Shown here piece after piece: positions 48,338 to 57,906 of a stretch of DNA of 64,000 bases. Origin of the DNA: a candidate division FCPU426 bacterium (GTDB taxonomy: Bacteria > Oederibacteriota > JAAXVQ01 > JAUVAV01); the NCBI GenBank assembly GCA_030637655.1, contig DAOWGI010000004.1:1-64000 (forward strand), written 5' to 3'. Positions within the stretch are counted from its first letter, which is position 1; each line of letters begins with the position of its first letter. The translations under genes and the position numbers were made by a program. The notes beneath the pieces are model-generated. The model saw only the letters and a program-made list of their open reading frames with translations, did no database searches and was not told the DNA's origin.

Positions 48338-49051
48338 ATGAAAACGGTTATAAAACGTTACCAGGAATTTGGCCAGGCCAAAAACTGGGATTTAACCCCT
48401 TTGCATAAAAAAATTATTGAGAGTATATTTCATCTGCATGATCATTTCACGGAAATCCAGATGGCTCAGCAGGCAAGTCTGGCCAATGTGCCGCGCAAGA
48501 TCCTGATCACAGTATTGCATCGCCTGGTAGAAGCCGGACTCATTCGTAAAATTTATTTTGGGGAAGACAAGAGTTATTATGAGCATGTGTACGGGCACAT
48601 TCACCATGACCATTTGGTCTGCTTGCAGTGTGGCGCCATTGTTGAATTCCGTGATGAAACAATTGAACAGAAGCAGGCTGTGGTTTGCCAGGAGCATGAC
48701 TTTATCATGGTCAAGCATTCCCTGCACATACTGGGTATTTGTTCTACCTGCCGAAAAAAAACACAGCTCACTCCGGCATCGTTTCCAGCGGAAGAGGATG
48801 CGCAGCAAGAGGGTGAAAGCCTGCCGCTTTCTGCTGTTTTGGATGGTCATGCGGCCAGGGTGGAGCGCCTTGAGGGTGGAGAAGGAATGCAGCGGCGTTT
48901 GCGGGAAATGGGGATATTGCCAGGCAGTGTTGTGGAAGTTATTGCCAACCAATTTGCCGGGCCGTTTATTATCCGGGTCAAGGAAGGCAAACTGGCCATT
49001 GGTCATAACATTACGCATAAAGTCATTGTCCGTGATTTGGGAAAAAAATAA
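48338..49051 (+). CDS. Fur-family regulator fused to a FeoA domain
   Basis: HHDHLVCLQCG..CSTC (Fur); RRLREMGILPGSVVEV..GPFIIRVK..LAIG (FeoA). Confidence 0.88.
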   Translation: MKTVIKRYQEFGQAKNWDLTPLHKKIIESIFHLHDHFTEIQMAQQASLANVPRKILITVLHRLVEAGLIRKIYFGEDKSYYEHVYGHIHHDHLVCLQCGAIVEFRDETIEQKQAVVCQEHDFIMVKHSLHILGICSTCRKKTQLTPASFPAEEDAQQEGESLPLSAVLDGHAARVERLEGGEGMQRRLREMGILPGSVVEVIANQFAGPFIIRVKEGKLAIGHNITHKVIVRDLGKK

Positions 49052-49083
49052 CCACTCAGCAAGAGGGAGAGCAGACGGTTGCC

Positions 49084-49644
49084 ATGAATCATTTTGAAGT
49101 TATGTTAAAAAAGGTGATCCAGCCCAAATGCCTGGCCGGGACAGTGCTGGAAATAGGACCAGGCACCTTGTGGCCGGGACTGCGGTTGCTCCAACAGAAT
49201 GCCCGGTTGGATTTAAAAGGGGTTGGGTATTCTGCTGAGGAGCGAAGCCAAGCTTTGGAAAAGGCCAAACAATGGCAGTGCCGTGCCCGGGTGGAATATT
49301 TGCCACCGCGAGATGAGAAAAAGTTTTTCTTGCCGGATCGTAGTGTAGATGTAGTGATCTCATTCGGCGCTTTGCATGCCTGGCAGCAGCCGGCAGCGGT
49401 TTGCAATGAAATTGCCAGGGTTTTAAAAGTGGGGGGTGGATTTTTTATCGGAGATGTTCGTCAGGATGCCAAATGGTGGTCCAGTGCATTGCTCTCGAAT
49501 CGTACTCCGGGTTTGAAAGCTGTTTATCAGGCAAAAAAACAGTCGCATTCTTTATCGGAATTTCGAGCGCTTCTGGCCGGCACTCGACTGGAGCATGGTG
49601 TAGTCCAGACGCGCGGTCCGGATGTGTGGGTACTCAACACTTGA
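49084..49644 (+). CDS. Class I SAM-dependent methyltransferase (divergent)
   Basis: VLEIGPG, SVDVVIS..LHAW, EIARVLKVGG. Confidence 0.75.
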   Translation: MNHFEVMLKKVIQPKCLAGTVLEIGPGTLWPGLRLLQQNARLDLKGVGYSAEERSQALEKAKQWQCRARVEYLPPRDEKKFFLPDRSVDVVISFGALHAWQQPAAVCNEIARVLKVGGGFFIGDVRQDAKWWSSALLSNRTPGLKAVYQAKKQSHSLSEFRALLAGTRLEHGVVQTRGPDVWVLNT

Positions 49645-49705
49645 AATAAATACCGAAAAAGCGCTTGTGTTTCAATATATACTATGGTATTTTCACTTTT
49701 TTAAA

Positions 49706-49878
49706 CTAGTGCAGTGTCTCTTAATTAACGGTACAGACGTCACCCCGGCATGATTGTAGCCGGGGTCCAGGACTGTGACTTTTTCAAACAAAACCCCTGG
49801 ATTCCGGCTGAAAGCATGCCGGAATGACGATAGAAGCATAAAATCAAATGTACCCATATTTTGGAGACACTACACTAG
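49706..49878. mobile_element. MITE-like element with 15-bp terminal inverted repeats and a nested REP palindrome
   Basis: ctagtgcagtgtctc...gagacactacactag (14/15 match, CTAG at both ends); internal gtcaccccggcatg...catgccggaatgac. Confidence 0.75.
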
Positions 49879-49887
49879 CTTTTTTAT

Positions 49888-49965
49888 GGCGGAGTAGCTC
49901 AGATGGTCTAGAGCACACGGTTCATACCCGTGGTGTCCGGGGTTCAATTCCCTGCTCCGCTACCA
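49888..49965 (+). tRNA. tRNA-Met (CAT), elongator type, CCA encoded
   Basis: Acceptor GGCGGAG/CTCCGCT, D arm TAGCTCAG..GG..AGAGC, anticodon arm CACGG-TTCATAC-CCGTG, T loop GGTTCAAT, ends ACCA. Confidence 0.95.
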
Positions 49966-50090
49966 GCAATTTCGCATCGCGAAATTGCAGAGCAGGTGAG
50001 CAGATGAACAGGAGAACAGTAGGGAAAAGCGAACCTGCGGTCAACTGATCAACTGATCAACTGTTCTGAATTTTGCGATTTAATCTAATT

Positions 50091-50121
50091 GGCCTGAAAG
50101 CAAGTCTTTCAGGCCTTTTTT
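50091..50121 (+). terminator. Rho-independent terminator downstream of the tRNA
   Basis: ggcctgaaag-caagt-ctttcaggcc followed by tttttt. Confidence 0.75.
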
Positions 50122-50184
50122 ATAATAGCACGAGGCCACCAATTTTTTCGGGGGAGTTTCTCCCCCGAAGAAATTGGTGGAGCT

Positions 50185-50212
50185 GTAGAGACGCGATTAA
50201 TCGCGTCTCTAC
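50185..50212. repeat. Perfect GTAG...CTAC REP palindrome
   Basis: gtagagacgcgatt|aatcgcgtctctac. Confidence 0.8.
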
Positions 50213-50366
50213 TTTTATGGGTTTTTGTATTTATATCCCGGTCAATTTATCTCCACATCCCAATGAAGGGAACAGCAATGTATTTTATGTTGTTTTTTTC
50301 TTAAGTCTGCGATATTGTAACCAAATAGATGAACTGTTGGAATAGTTAGTTTCTGGGAGGCATTTT

Positions 50367-51548
50367 ATGGGTCTAATGAGTGAATATATAGCTAGACGCA
50401 TGAGCGCAAAGGACCTTGAGGAGGAGTTGCTGGGTCTAATAAAGCAGTACAATGATTACAGAGGAACAAATCTTTTAGTCATGGCGAGTGCTGTAGGCAA
50501 ACCGATACCCGATATTGTCTTGACACAAGAGGATTTTTATATGATCGCTGATATGCTTTCTAATCCTAGTGATGTTTCGAAAGTGGATATTTATCTAGAA
50601 ACACCTGGTGGTAGCGGTGAAGCTGCAGAAGAAATAGTTGAATTTATTCGAGAAAAGTATGATTACGTCTCTTTTGTGGTTTCAGGAGAAGCTAAAAGTG
50701 CCGGGACTATTATGGTTTTATCGGGAGATGACATTTTAATGACTAAGACTGGAAGTCTGGGTCCTATAGATGCCCAAGTGAGGATAGGCAGATCAACGAT
50801 ATCCGCATTCGATTATATGGAGTGGGTCAAAGATAAGCATCAAGAAGCGGATAAGCAAGGTCGTTTAAATCCTTTTGATGCGACAATGGTTGCCCAGATA
50901 AGCCCTGGCGAATTAAAAGGTGTAAATCATTCGTTGCTTTTTGCCGAAGATTTAGTTGGAAAATGGCTTCAAAAATATAAGTTTAAACATTGGAAAATAA
51001 CTGAAACACGCAAAGCTTCAGTTACAGATACGATGAAAGCGAAACGAGCAAAAGAGATTGCCCAAGAACTGACAAATCATAGCAAATGGAGGTCTCACGG
51101 CAGATCTATCAAGATTGAAGACCTTGAAGAAATCGGGTTGCGTATAACAGAAGTAGACAAAGATGAACAGCTAAGGACGATTGTATATAAAATTCAAACA
51201 GTATGTAGATTACTTTTTAATTCTACGCATACGTACAAAATATTCGCGACCGATAAAGAAAAAATATTTAAGTCTGCAACACCAGTATTAGAGGCGCCCC
51301 GTATTCCACAAAAAGCGCAAGTTCCTGAGGTTGTAGAGGCTGAGGTTAAATGCACGCAATGCGGAAAAGGCATTAAGATTTATGCAAAACTATCAAATAA
51401 TCCGGCTATAGATCAGGATTTTCAACGTCGAGGATTTGTACAGTTGCCAAGGGATAATAAGGTTAGGTGCGATTGCGGTTTTGAAATAGACTTAGGTGGG
51501 TTGAGAAACGAAATCGAATTAAAAACAGGATTAAAGGTTGTTGACTAA
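50367..51548 (+). CDS. SDH-family ClpP/crotonase-fold serine peptidase with a C-terminal Zn-ribbon
   Basis: LETPGGS, AKSAGT, LGPIDAQ, SHGRSI; C-terminal CTQC..CDCG. Confidence 0.85.
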   Translation: MGLMSEYIARRMSAKDLEEELLGLIKQYNDYRGTNLLVMASAVGKPIPDIVLTQEDFYMIADMLSNPSDVSKVDIYLETPGGSGEAAEEIVEFIREKYDYVSFVVSGEAKSAGTIMVLSGDDILMTKTGSLGPIDAQVRIGRSTISAFDYMEWVKDKHQEADKQGRLNPFDATMVAQISPGELKGVNHSLLFAEDLVGKWLQKYKFKHWKITETRKASVTDTMKAKRAKEIAQELTNHSKWRSHGRSIKIEDLEEIGLRITEVDKDEQLRTIVYKIQTVCRLLFNSTHTYKIFATDKEKIFKSATPVLEAPRIPQKAQVPEVVEAEVKCTQCGKGIKIYAKLSNNPAIDQDFQRRGFVQLPRDNKVRCDCGFEIDLGGLRNEIELKTGLKVVD

Positions 51549-51577
51549 TCCTTTGAAAGAGGGGTAAAATAAAGATT

Positions 51578-51757
51578 ATGAAAAACATATCGAAAAAAGA
51601 CGAAGCGAAAGAAAAGGCACTTTTACATTTTCTTTGCAGGACCAAGCAAGGGAAATATGCAAAGATTGATGAAGATTCCTTAGCTTTTGCCCGCGTAAAA
51701 GAAGAACGGGAAGAGAATGAAACTCTGACCGAAACATTTTATTATAACGTAAGCTGA
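51578..51757 (+). CDS. Small hypothetical protein (59 aa), below the ORF-track cutoff
   Basis: Manual translation MKNISKKDEAKEKALLHFLCRTKQGKYAKIDEDSLAFARVKEEREENETLTETFYYNVS*; follows the protease directly, GAGG upstream. Confidence 0.5.
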   Translation: MKNISKKDEAKEKALLHFLCRTKQGKYAKIDEDSLAFARVKEEREENETLTETFYYNVS

Positions 51758-51823
51758 AGAATCATCTATAATACCACTAAATCCGAGTCAATTATTTTAA
51801 ATGTAACCTGTTAAATGTAACCA

Positions 51824-52060
51824 AAATCCACCACCTAATTCGGATACTACTTCGCCGTCATCCCGGACTCGATCCCTTCGACTTCGCTCAGGCCAGGCCG
51901 GGATCCAGAAAAGCCTTTGTTTACAAGAGTCCTGGATCCCAGCTACGACCATGCTGGGATGACGAGTGGTTGTTTGGCAGTTATATACTTGCTGTAGCGT
52001 GATACTGTTTTTCTGGATTCTCTTTTTTATTAAAGGATATTATTTTTTTGACGGCGGATC
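51824..52060. repeat. About 215-240 bp element, inverted copy at 57457-57669; this copy has an extra nested ~24-bp insert
   Basis: Near-identity to the reverse complement of 57457-57669, except cttcgacttcgctcaggccaggcc. Confidence 0.9.
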
Positions 52061-52454
52061 CAGGATGTAAATAATTTATAAATGTTTAACATAATTGTAT
52101 ATATATTCAAATATCTATTATAAAACCCTTGTTATTTCGCTTTTTCTAATGTAAATACATTACAATACAAAATACTTAGGTTAGTATTAATTAGTTGAGT
52201 CTGTTGCGGAAAGCTTTTTTTATTTCTTTGTGGTTCCGTCATCCCGGAATGCCTAAATCCGGGGCGGAAGCCAGTCACCCAGCCTAAAGGCGGCTGGGAC
52301 AATCAGGTAAGAAACTTGTTTTGAGGTGAAGTTTCTTAGAAGGTTTTAATTTTAAAGGAATTAAAAGCCACTGGATACCCGCTTACTACATGCGGGTATG
52401 ACAAAACCGACTAAATGCTTAGGCTTCTAGTTAATTTATATAAGGGAGTTTGTC

Positions 52455-54299
52455 ATGGCTGTTACTTTTCGGCAGAAATTATCTGAGGGTATTGTCTTAT
52501 TTGATGGCGCCATGGGTACCATGCTGTATAAAAAAGGCGCCTACATTAATCAATGTTATGAGGCCTTAAATCTCTCAGACTCCAAGCTGGTTTTAGATAT
52601 TCACGCTGAGTATGTCAAAGCCGGGGCGGATGTGATTGAGACCAATACATATGGCGCCAATGGGAAGAAACTCAAAGGATTTGGTCTGGAAGGCAAGGTT
52701 GAGGAAATTAACCGGAAAGCTGTGCAACTGGCTCGGGAAGCGGCCGGCCGGACGGTGCTGGTGGCAGGATCAATTGGTCCCTTGGGAGTCTACTTGCAAC
52801 CACGTGGTCTGATTTCTGAAGCAGAAGCGCGGGAATTGTATGGCCGGCAAATGAGAGCGTTGCTGGCCAACGGTGTGGATCTGCTGATTTTGGAAAGTTA
52901 CGCGGATGTCAATGAGTTGAAACTGGCGGTGGAGGTGGCACGTTCGCTTTCGGATCTGCCGATTGTGGCCCAAGGCTCTTTTAATCAAAAACACGAGACG
53001 GAAATCGGTACTACGCTTGAAACCTTTTTATGCGAAGCCGATACCCTGGATGTGGATGTGATTGGTTTTAATTGTTCCACCGGACCGGCGGACATGCTCA
53101 CCTTGTTGGAAAAAACCATTCCTAAGATCTCAAAACCCATTTCCTGTCAACCCAATGCCGGGATGCCCAAGGTGGTAGAGGGACGTTATTTTTATTTGGC
53201 TTCCACAGAATACATGGCAGAGTATGCCAAACGTTTTATTCAGACCGGTGCCCGGGTGGTCGGTGGTTGTTGCGGCACAGCACCCAAACATGTGAAAGCC
53301 ATGCGTTCTGCGATTCGCGCCCTGTTTCCGGGACAACGTCAAGTAGTGATTGAGAGCAAGGAAACAGTATGCCAAACCACAGTTGCGGAAACTGCGCTGG
53401 AAGCAAAGTCCAAATTCGGAGCGCGTTTGCAACGCGGTGAATTTGTGACCACAGTGGAGATCACCCCGCCGCGCAGTGCGGACCCGCAACCCACTATACA
53501 GAAATGTGAGTACTTGAAAAAATCCGGTATTGATGCGGTAAACATTCCGGATGGGCCGCGTGCTTCTGCTCGTCTCTCACCCCTGGTTTTGGCCATATTG
53601 ATTGAACAGCAGGTGGGTATTGAATCCGTGCTGCACTACACCTGCCGGGACCGGAATATTATCGGCATGCAATCGGATTTGCTGGGTTTGTACGCGGCCG
53701 GAATTAGGAACCTGCTCATTGTAACGGGGGATCCGCCCAAGGTCGGTGACTATCCGGACGCAACAGCGGTTTTTGATGTGGATTCCATAGGCTTAACACG
53801 TATTGTTACCGGCCTGAATCGCGGTCAGGATGTAGGAGGCAATCCGATTCCTTCGCCCTTGGGTTTTGTAAAAGGTGTTGGAGTGAACCCCGGAGCGATT
53901 AATTTGGAGGAGGAGATCCGGCGCTTGCGGCAAAAGATCGATGCCGGGGCGGAATTTATGATCACGCAACCGATTTTTGATCCGGAGATTTTTTTGTGTT
54001 TTCGTGACCGGATTAAGGATATTGCGATTCCGATTGTAGCCGGCGTGTGGCCGCTGGTTTCATATAAAAACGCGGAGTTTATGAACAATGAAGTGCCGGG
54101 AGCCAGTGTGCCGGACGCTATTATGGAACGTATGCGCGTCAAAGGCAGCGGACCGGAAGCGCAGAAAGAAGGGGCGCGTATTGCCGGTGAGGCGCTCTCG
54201 CTGATTAAAGATTCGGTGCAGGGAGCGCAAGTTTCGGCTGCTTTTGGCAAGGTGGAATTGGCAGTCGAAGTGCTCCAACAGGGTGGAGTGCTAACTTAA
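52455..54299 (+). CDS. Bifunctional homocysteine S-methyltransferase / 5,10-methylenetetrahydrofolate reductase (YitJ-type)
   Basis: FDGAMGT, ETNTYGAN, GFNCSTGP, PNAG, GGCCGT; VEITPP, HYTCRDRN, TGDPP, ITQP. Confidence 0.93.
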   Translation: MAVTFRQKLSEGIVLFDGAMGTMLYKKGAYINQCYEALNLSDSKLVLDIHAEYVKAGADVIETNTYGANGKKLKGFGLEGKVEEINRKAVQLAREAAGRTVLVAGSIGPLGVYLQPRGLISEAEARELYGRQMRALLANGVDLLILESYADVNELKLAVEVARSLSDLPIVAQGSFNQKHETEIGTTLETFLCEADTLDVDVIGFNCSTGPADMLTLLEKTIPKISKPISCQPNAGMPKVVEGRYFYLASTEYMAEYAKRFIQTGARVVGGCCGTAPKHVKAMRSAIRALFPGQRQVVIESKETVCQTTVAETALEAKSKFGARLQRGEFVTTVEITPPRSADPQPTIQKCEYLKKSGIDAVNIPDGPRASARLSPLVLAILIEQQVGIESVLHYTCRDRNIIGMQSDLLGLYAAGIRNLLIVTGDPPKVGDYPDATAVFDVDSIGLTRIVTGLNRGQDVGGNPIPSPLGFVKGVGVNPGAINLEEEIRRLRQKIDAGAEFMITQPIFDPEIFLCFRDRIKDIAIPIVAGVWPLVSYKNAEFMNNEVPGASVPDAIMERMRVKGSGPEAQKEGARIAGEALSLIKDSVQGAQVSAAFGKVELAVEVLQQGGVLT

Positions 54300-54467
54300 C
54301 CCGGACAAGCCGGAACCAAAAATATTTGACAAGATTAACAGGATATACGGGATTTTAAATAAATCCCATCAATCCTGTCAAAAGAAATTCTTTGCGCTCT
54401 TTACGGCGAATGTTTTTCTGCTATAAAAAGTACGAGTTTGAGAATTAAGATAGTAAGGAGGGTGTTC

Positions 54468-56018
54468 GTGAAGCATAAACCAGGTTTTGCTAAAACGTCC
54501 AGGCCAGTGCCACCCTGGATGCTTATGCTGACGGTCTTTGTCACCGGAAATGTGATTATGATGCTTGAGGTGGTGGGAACACGAGTGGTCGGACCTTTTT
54601 TCGGTGTAGGTATTTATGTCTGGTGTGCTTTGATAACAGTAGCACTTTTGGCGCTTTCGGCCGGTTACTGGCTGGGAGGTCGTTGGGCGGATGCCAAACG
54701 CCGGCCGGAATTTTTGTTTCTTGCGATTCTAGTGGCCGCGGTGTTTACCTTTTTAATTCCGGTGATGCGCAACCCTTTATTGAATTTTGCCGGACAATTT
54801 GGTGTGCGGGGCGGAGTATTGTTGGGCAGTGCTCTATTGTTTGGCGCGCCGCTCTTTTTATTAGGTGTTGTGAGTCCGTATGCAACCAAACTGTTTACTG
54901 ATCAGTTTGAAAAAATCGGTTCCCGGGTAGGCCTCTTATATTCGGTTTCCACACTGGGAAGTTTTGTCGGCACAGTGGCCATGGGTTTTTATTTGATCCC
55001 GAATTTTCGGATCAGCTCTATTTTGCTGGCTTTGGGATTGGCCCTGCTTTTCATGCCCCTGGTTTACTTTTTACTGGTCCGTGCGCGCAAGTGGCCATTG
55101 TTTGCCTTAGCCGTGATTGTTGGTGTCGGCGCGTTACTCTTTTTTCCTCGCGCGCCACGTACACAACAGTTGAATGATTATGTGAAAGTGATTTATAAAA
55201 CCACCAGTTTTTACGGAGAAATCAAAGTAGTGCAGGCCGGTGAGCAACGGGTATTGCTGGTGGACGGGGTTACCCAATCCGAAGAAAAAATCAAAAACCA
55301 CCAAGTCACTCCGGCGTATATAATCGATATGAACAATTTAATTTCGCGCTATCATCCGACGGCCGGTAAAGCCCTGGTCATTGGTTTGGGCGGCGGCAAT
55401 ATTGTGCATGCTTTACTGGAGAAAAATTTTACCGTGGATGTGGTTGAGATCGATAAAAAAATAATTTTCGTGGCAACCCAATATTTCGGAGTGGACCCCA
55501 AACAAGCCAACATTACCTTAGAAGACGGGCGGCGTTTTGTCCGGAAGTGCAAAACAAAGTATGATGTGGTAGTGCTCAACACCTTTAGCGGCGAATCTAC
55601 TCCCTCGCATATGCTCACGCGTGAATTTTTTAAAGAGGTAAATGGTGTTTTAAATGACTCTGGGATTTCTGTGTTGAACTTTATCAGTTATGTCCAGGGC
55701 CCGCATCGTTTTGCCGCGGCTGCGGTGCAAGCTACACTGCGAGCCGAGAACGATTGGTGCCAGGTCTATTTCCGTGAATCCAAACATAATTTTTCCAATA
55801 TTTTGTATGTAGCAGGACGCGGAGGTGTGGTTCCGGAACCGTTGGAAGATACGGTCTGGGAAGAACTAAAAAAAACAGCTACGATCATTTCCGGTCAAGA
55901 CGATGCGGTGGTATGCACGGATGATTATAATCCGGTAGATTTTTTAAACCGAGTGGTGTATCGCCGCTGGAGACAGTTGGTGATTGATTCTTTGGGCTCT
56001 GACGTGTTGCTCAATTAA
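54468..56018 (+). CDS. Fused MFS-like membrane domain / spermidine synthase-like methyltransferase
   Basis: MMLEVVGTRVVGPFFG, GYWLGGRWAD, STLGSFVGT; LVIGLGGG, VVEID, EDGRRF, TDDYNP. Confidence 0.88.
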   Translation: MKHKPGFAKTSRPVPPWMLMLTVFVTGNVIMMLEVVGTRVVGPFFGVGIYVWCALITVALLALSAGYWLGGRWADAKRRPEFLFLAILVAAVFTFLIPVMRNPLLNFAGQFGVRGGVLLGSALLFGAPLFLLGVVSPYATKLFTDQFEKIGSRVGLLYSVSTLGSFVGTVAMGFYLIPNFRISSILLALGLALLFMPLVYFLLVRARKWPLFALAVIVGVGALLFFPRAPRTQQLNDYVKVIYKTTSFYGEIKVVQAGEQRVLLVDGVTQSEEKIKNHQVTPAYIIDMNNLISRYHPTAGKALVIGLGGGNIVHALLEKNFTVDVVEIDKKIIFVATQYFGVDPKQANITLEDGRRFVRKCKTKYDVVVLNTFSGESTPSHMLTREFFKEVNGVLNDSGISVLNFISYVQGPHRFAAAAVQATLRAENDWCQVYFRESKHNFSNILYVAGRGGVVPEPLEDTVWEELKKTATIISGQDDAVVCTDDYNPVDFLNRVVYRRWRQLVIDSLGSDVLLN

Positions 56019-56025
56019 CAATTCG

Positions 56026-57477
56026 ATGTCTACCCTATCAACTCAGTTCAAAGAAAAATTACACAAGCTGCTGCCAACCAGGGGCGCACTGGTGGTTGGT
56101 GTTTCCGGCGGAGCGGATTCAGTAGCACTCTTGTATCTCTTGGCTCAGCTGGTTCCGGCGGCTGCCACTCGGCTCCGGGTTGTGCATGTGCATCACGGTT
56201 TGCGCGGAAAAGCGGCAGATCGTGATCTTTCCTTGGTGGTCCGTCATTCTCAAAAACTTAACCTTCAGTATCAGCTGTATTATAGTGATGTTGCTAAAAT
56301 CGCCAAGAAAAAAGGGGTCAGTGTGGAAGCGGCCGGGCGCTTGGTCCGGCATGATTGTTTCCTGGACGCAGCCAGGGTAAGCAAAGCGCGCGCGGTGCTC
56401 TTGGCACATCATCAGGATGATCAAATCGAGACGTTTTTGTTACATCTTATGCGAGGAGCCGGCCCAACCGGTTTGTCTGCCATGCAAGCTAACAGAGCCT
56501 TTCCGCATCCGGACGCACCACAGTCGTTACGTCTTATTCGGCCACTCTTGGAAATACCGAAACGTGAGTTGGAGCATTTTTTACGTAAATATAAAATTGC
56601 CTGGCATCAAGACCAAAGCAATCTGAATACTACCTTTACCCGAAATCGTATTCGTCATCACTTGTTGCCTTTGCTGGAGAAAGAGTACAATCCGCAAATC
56701 CGGACGTGTTTGGCCCGGAGTTATGAAATTTTAGCACGCGAAGATGAACTGCTTACAAAACAAACCGAACGTGCGCTGCGAAAACTCGGAAAGCTGCAGC
56801 AGGCCAAGCAGATAAAGATCAATCGTACCTGGTTTCAGCGCCTGCCGCAGGCTATACAATTTCGTCTGTTAGCGCGCGTGTGGGAATCGTTGTGCATACC
56901 TCAGAAAAGTGCCCAACATCTCAACCGGCTTCATAAAGCAATCCAGGGTGGCCATGTTGGACTGAGTTTGCCCGGAGTATGGTTCGCCTGGACGCGAGGT
57001 GAGACCTTGCATTTGGCCAAGCGCCGGCCAAAAGGCGCGAGTCCGGGATTTGCGCTCCCGGTTCGTCAGGGACCAGGGAAGAACCCCAAGTGTCTGTATG
57101 GGGTCGAAAGCAAATCAATATCAGTACCCAAGCAAGTACGAAAAAAAAACCGGAGGCCGACAGAGATTCTGGTGGATGCCAAAAAATGGCCTTCAGCATT
57201 ACAATTGCGGCCATATCAAAGCGGGGATTGGATGAGACCGTTGGGCATGGGCAAGAGTAAAAAATTGATAAAAAAAATACTTTCAGAGATGAAATTGACA
57301 AATGTCCAAAAAAAGAGCTGGCCCTTGTTGGCCAAGGGCTCAGAGATCATCTGGGTCTATCGTGGTCCAATCTCTGAGCGGGTTAAAATTACGGCTACTA
57401 CAAAAAAAGCCCTTAAAATAAGGATTTTTCCGCAAACGCCAGAGCAGGGCAGGATCGATCCACCGTCAAAAAAATAA
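56026..57477 (+). CDS. tilS: tRNA(Ile)-lysidine synthetase
   Basis: VGVSGGADS, HVHHGLR, LAHHQDDQIET, IRPLL, DQSN, RNRIRH. Confidence 0.95.
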   Translation: MSTLSTQFKEKLHKLLPTRGALVVGVSGGADSVALLYLLAQLVPAAATRLRVVHVHHGLRGKAADRDLSLVVRHSQKLNLQYQLYYSDVAKIAKKKGVSVEAAGRLVRHDCFLDAARVSKARAVLLAHHQDDQIETFLLHLMRGAGPTGLSAMQANRAFPHPDAPQSLRLIRPLLEIPKRELEHFLRKYKIAWHQDQSNLNTTFTRNRIRHHLLPLLEKEYNPQIRTCLARSYEILAREDELLTKQTERALRKLGKLQQAKQIKINRTWFQRLPQAIQFRLLARVWESLCIPQKSAQHLNRLHKAIQGGHVGLSLPGVWFAWTRGETLHLAKRRPKGASPGFALPVRQGPGKNPKCLYGVESKSISVPKQVRKKNRRPTEILVDAKKWPSALQLRPYQSGDWMRPLGMGKSKKLIKKILSEMKLTNVQKKSWPLLAKGSEIIWVYRGPISERVKITATTKKALKIRIFPQTPEQGRIDPPSKK

Positions 57478-57669
57478 TATCCTTTAATAAAAAGGAAAAT
57501 ACAGAAAAACGGTATCACGCTACAGCAAGTATATAACTGCCAAACAACCACTCGTCATCCCAGCATGGTCGTAGCTGGGATCCAGGACTCTTGTAAACAA
57601 AGGCTTTTCTGGATCCCGGATCGAGTCCGGGATGACGGCGAGCTAGGATCCAAATTAGGTAGTGGATTT
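57457..57669. repeat. Inverted copy of the 51824-52060 element; overlaps the tilS 3' end
   Basis: Direct sequence comparison. Confidence 0.9.
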
Positions 57670-57742
57670 CAGAAATATTTAAAAGTTGCCTCACCCGAGG
57701 CAGTGTGCTAGGATGAAAATCCATAATAATGCTGTGGATTAT

Positions 57743-57867
57743 CAATATATCAAAGGAATCCCCGAACTTTAGTCCGGGGTTACCGCATCCCCTCTACCTT
57801 TAGGGAGAGAGGATGAAGGGTGAGGGTTACCTGAATACTCCGCACTTCAGTGCGGGGATGATTTATG
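57743..57867. repeat. Second copy of the 29785-29908 element, upstream of ftsH
   Basis: Direct sequence comparison. Confidence 0.85.
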
Positions 57868-57906
57868 TTTTTTATTTTTAGCAGTAATTGTTTTAGGAGG
57901 ACGTTC

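Noticed and set aside
49888-51800. Prophage or integrative element at tRNA-Met
   Set aside because: No integrase and no duplicated tRNA 3' end (att site) seen in the window.
52200-52440. SAM riboswitch or T-box upstream of the methionine synthesis gene
   Set aside because: I could not find SAM-I core or T-box motifs; the structure is a GTCATCCCG..CGGGTATGAC repeat-family palindrome. An Rfam scan would settle it.
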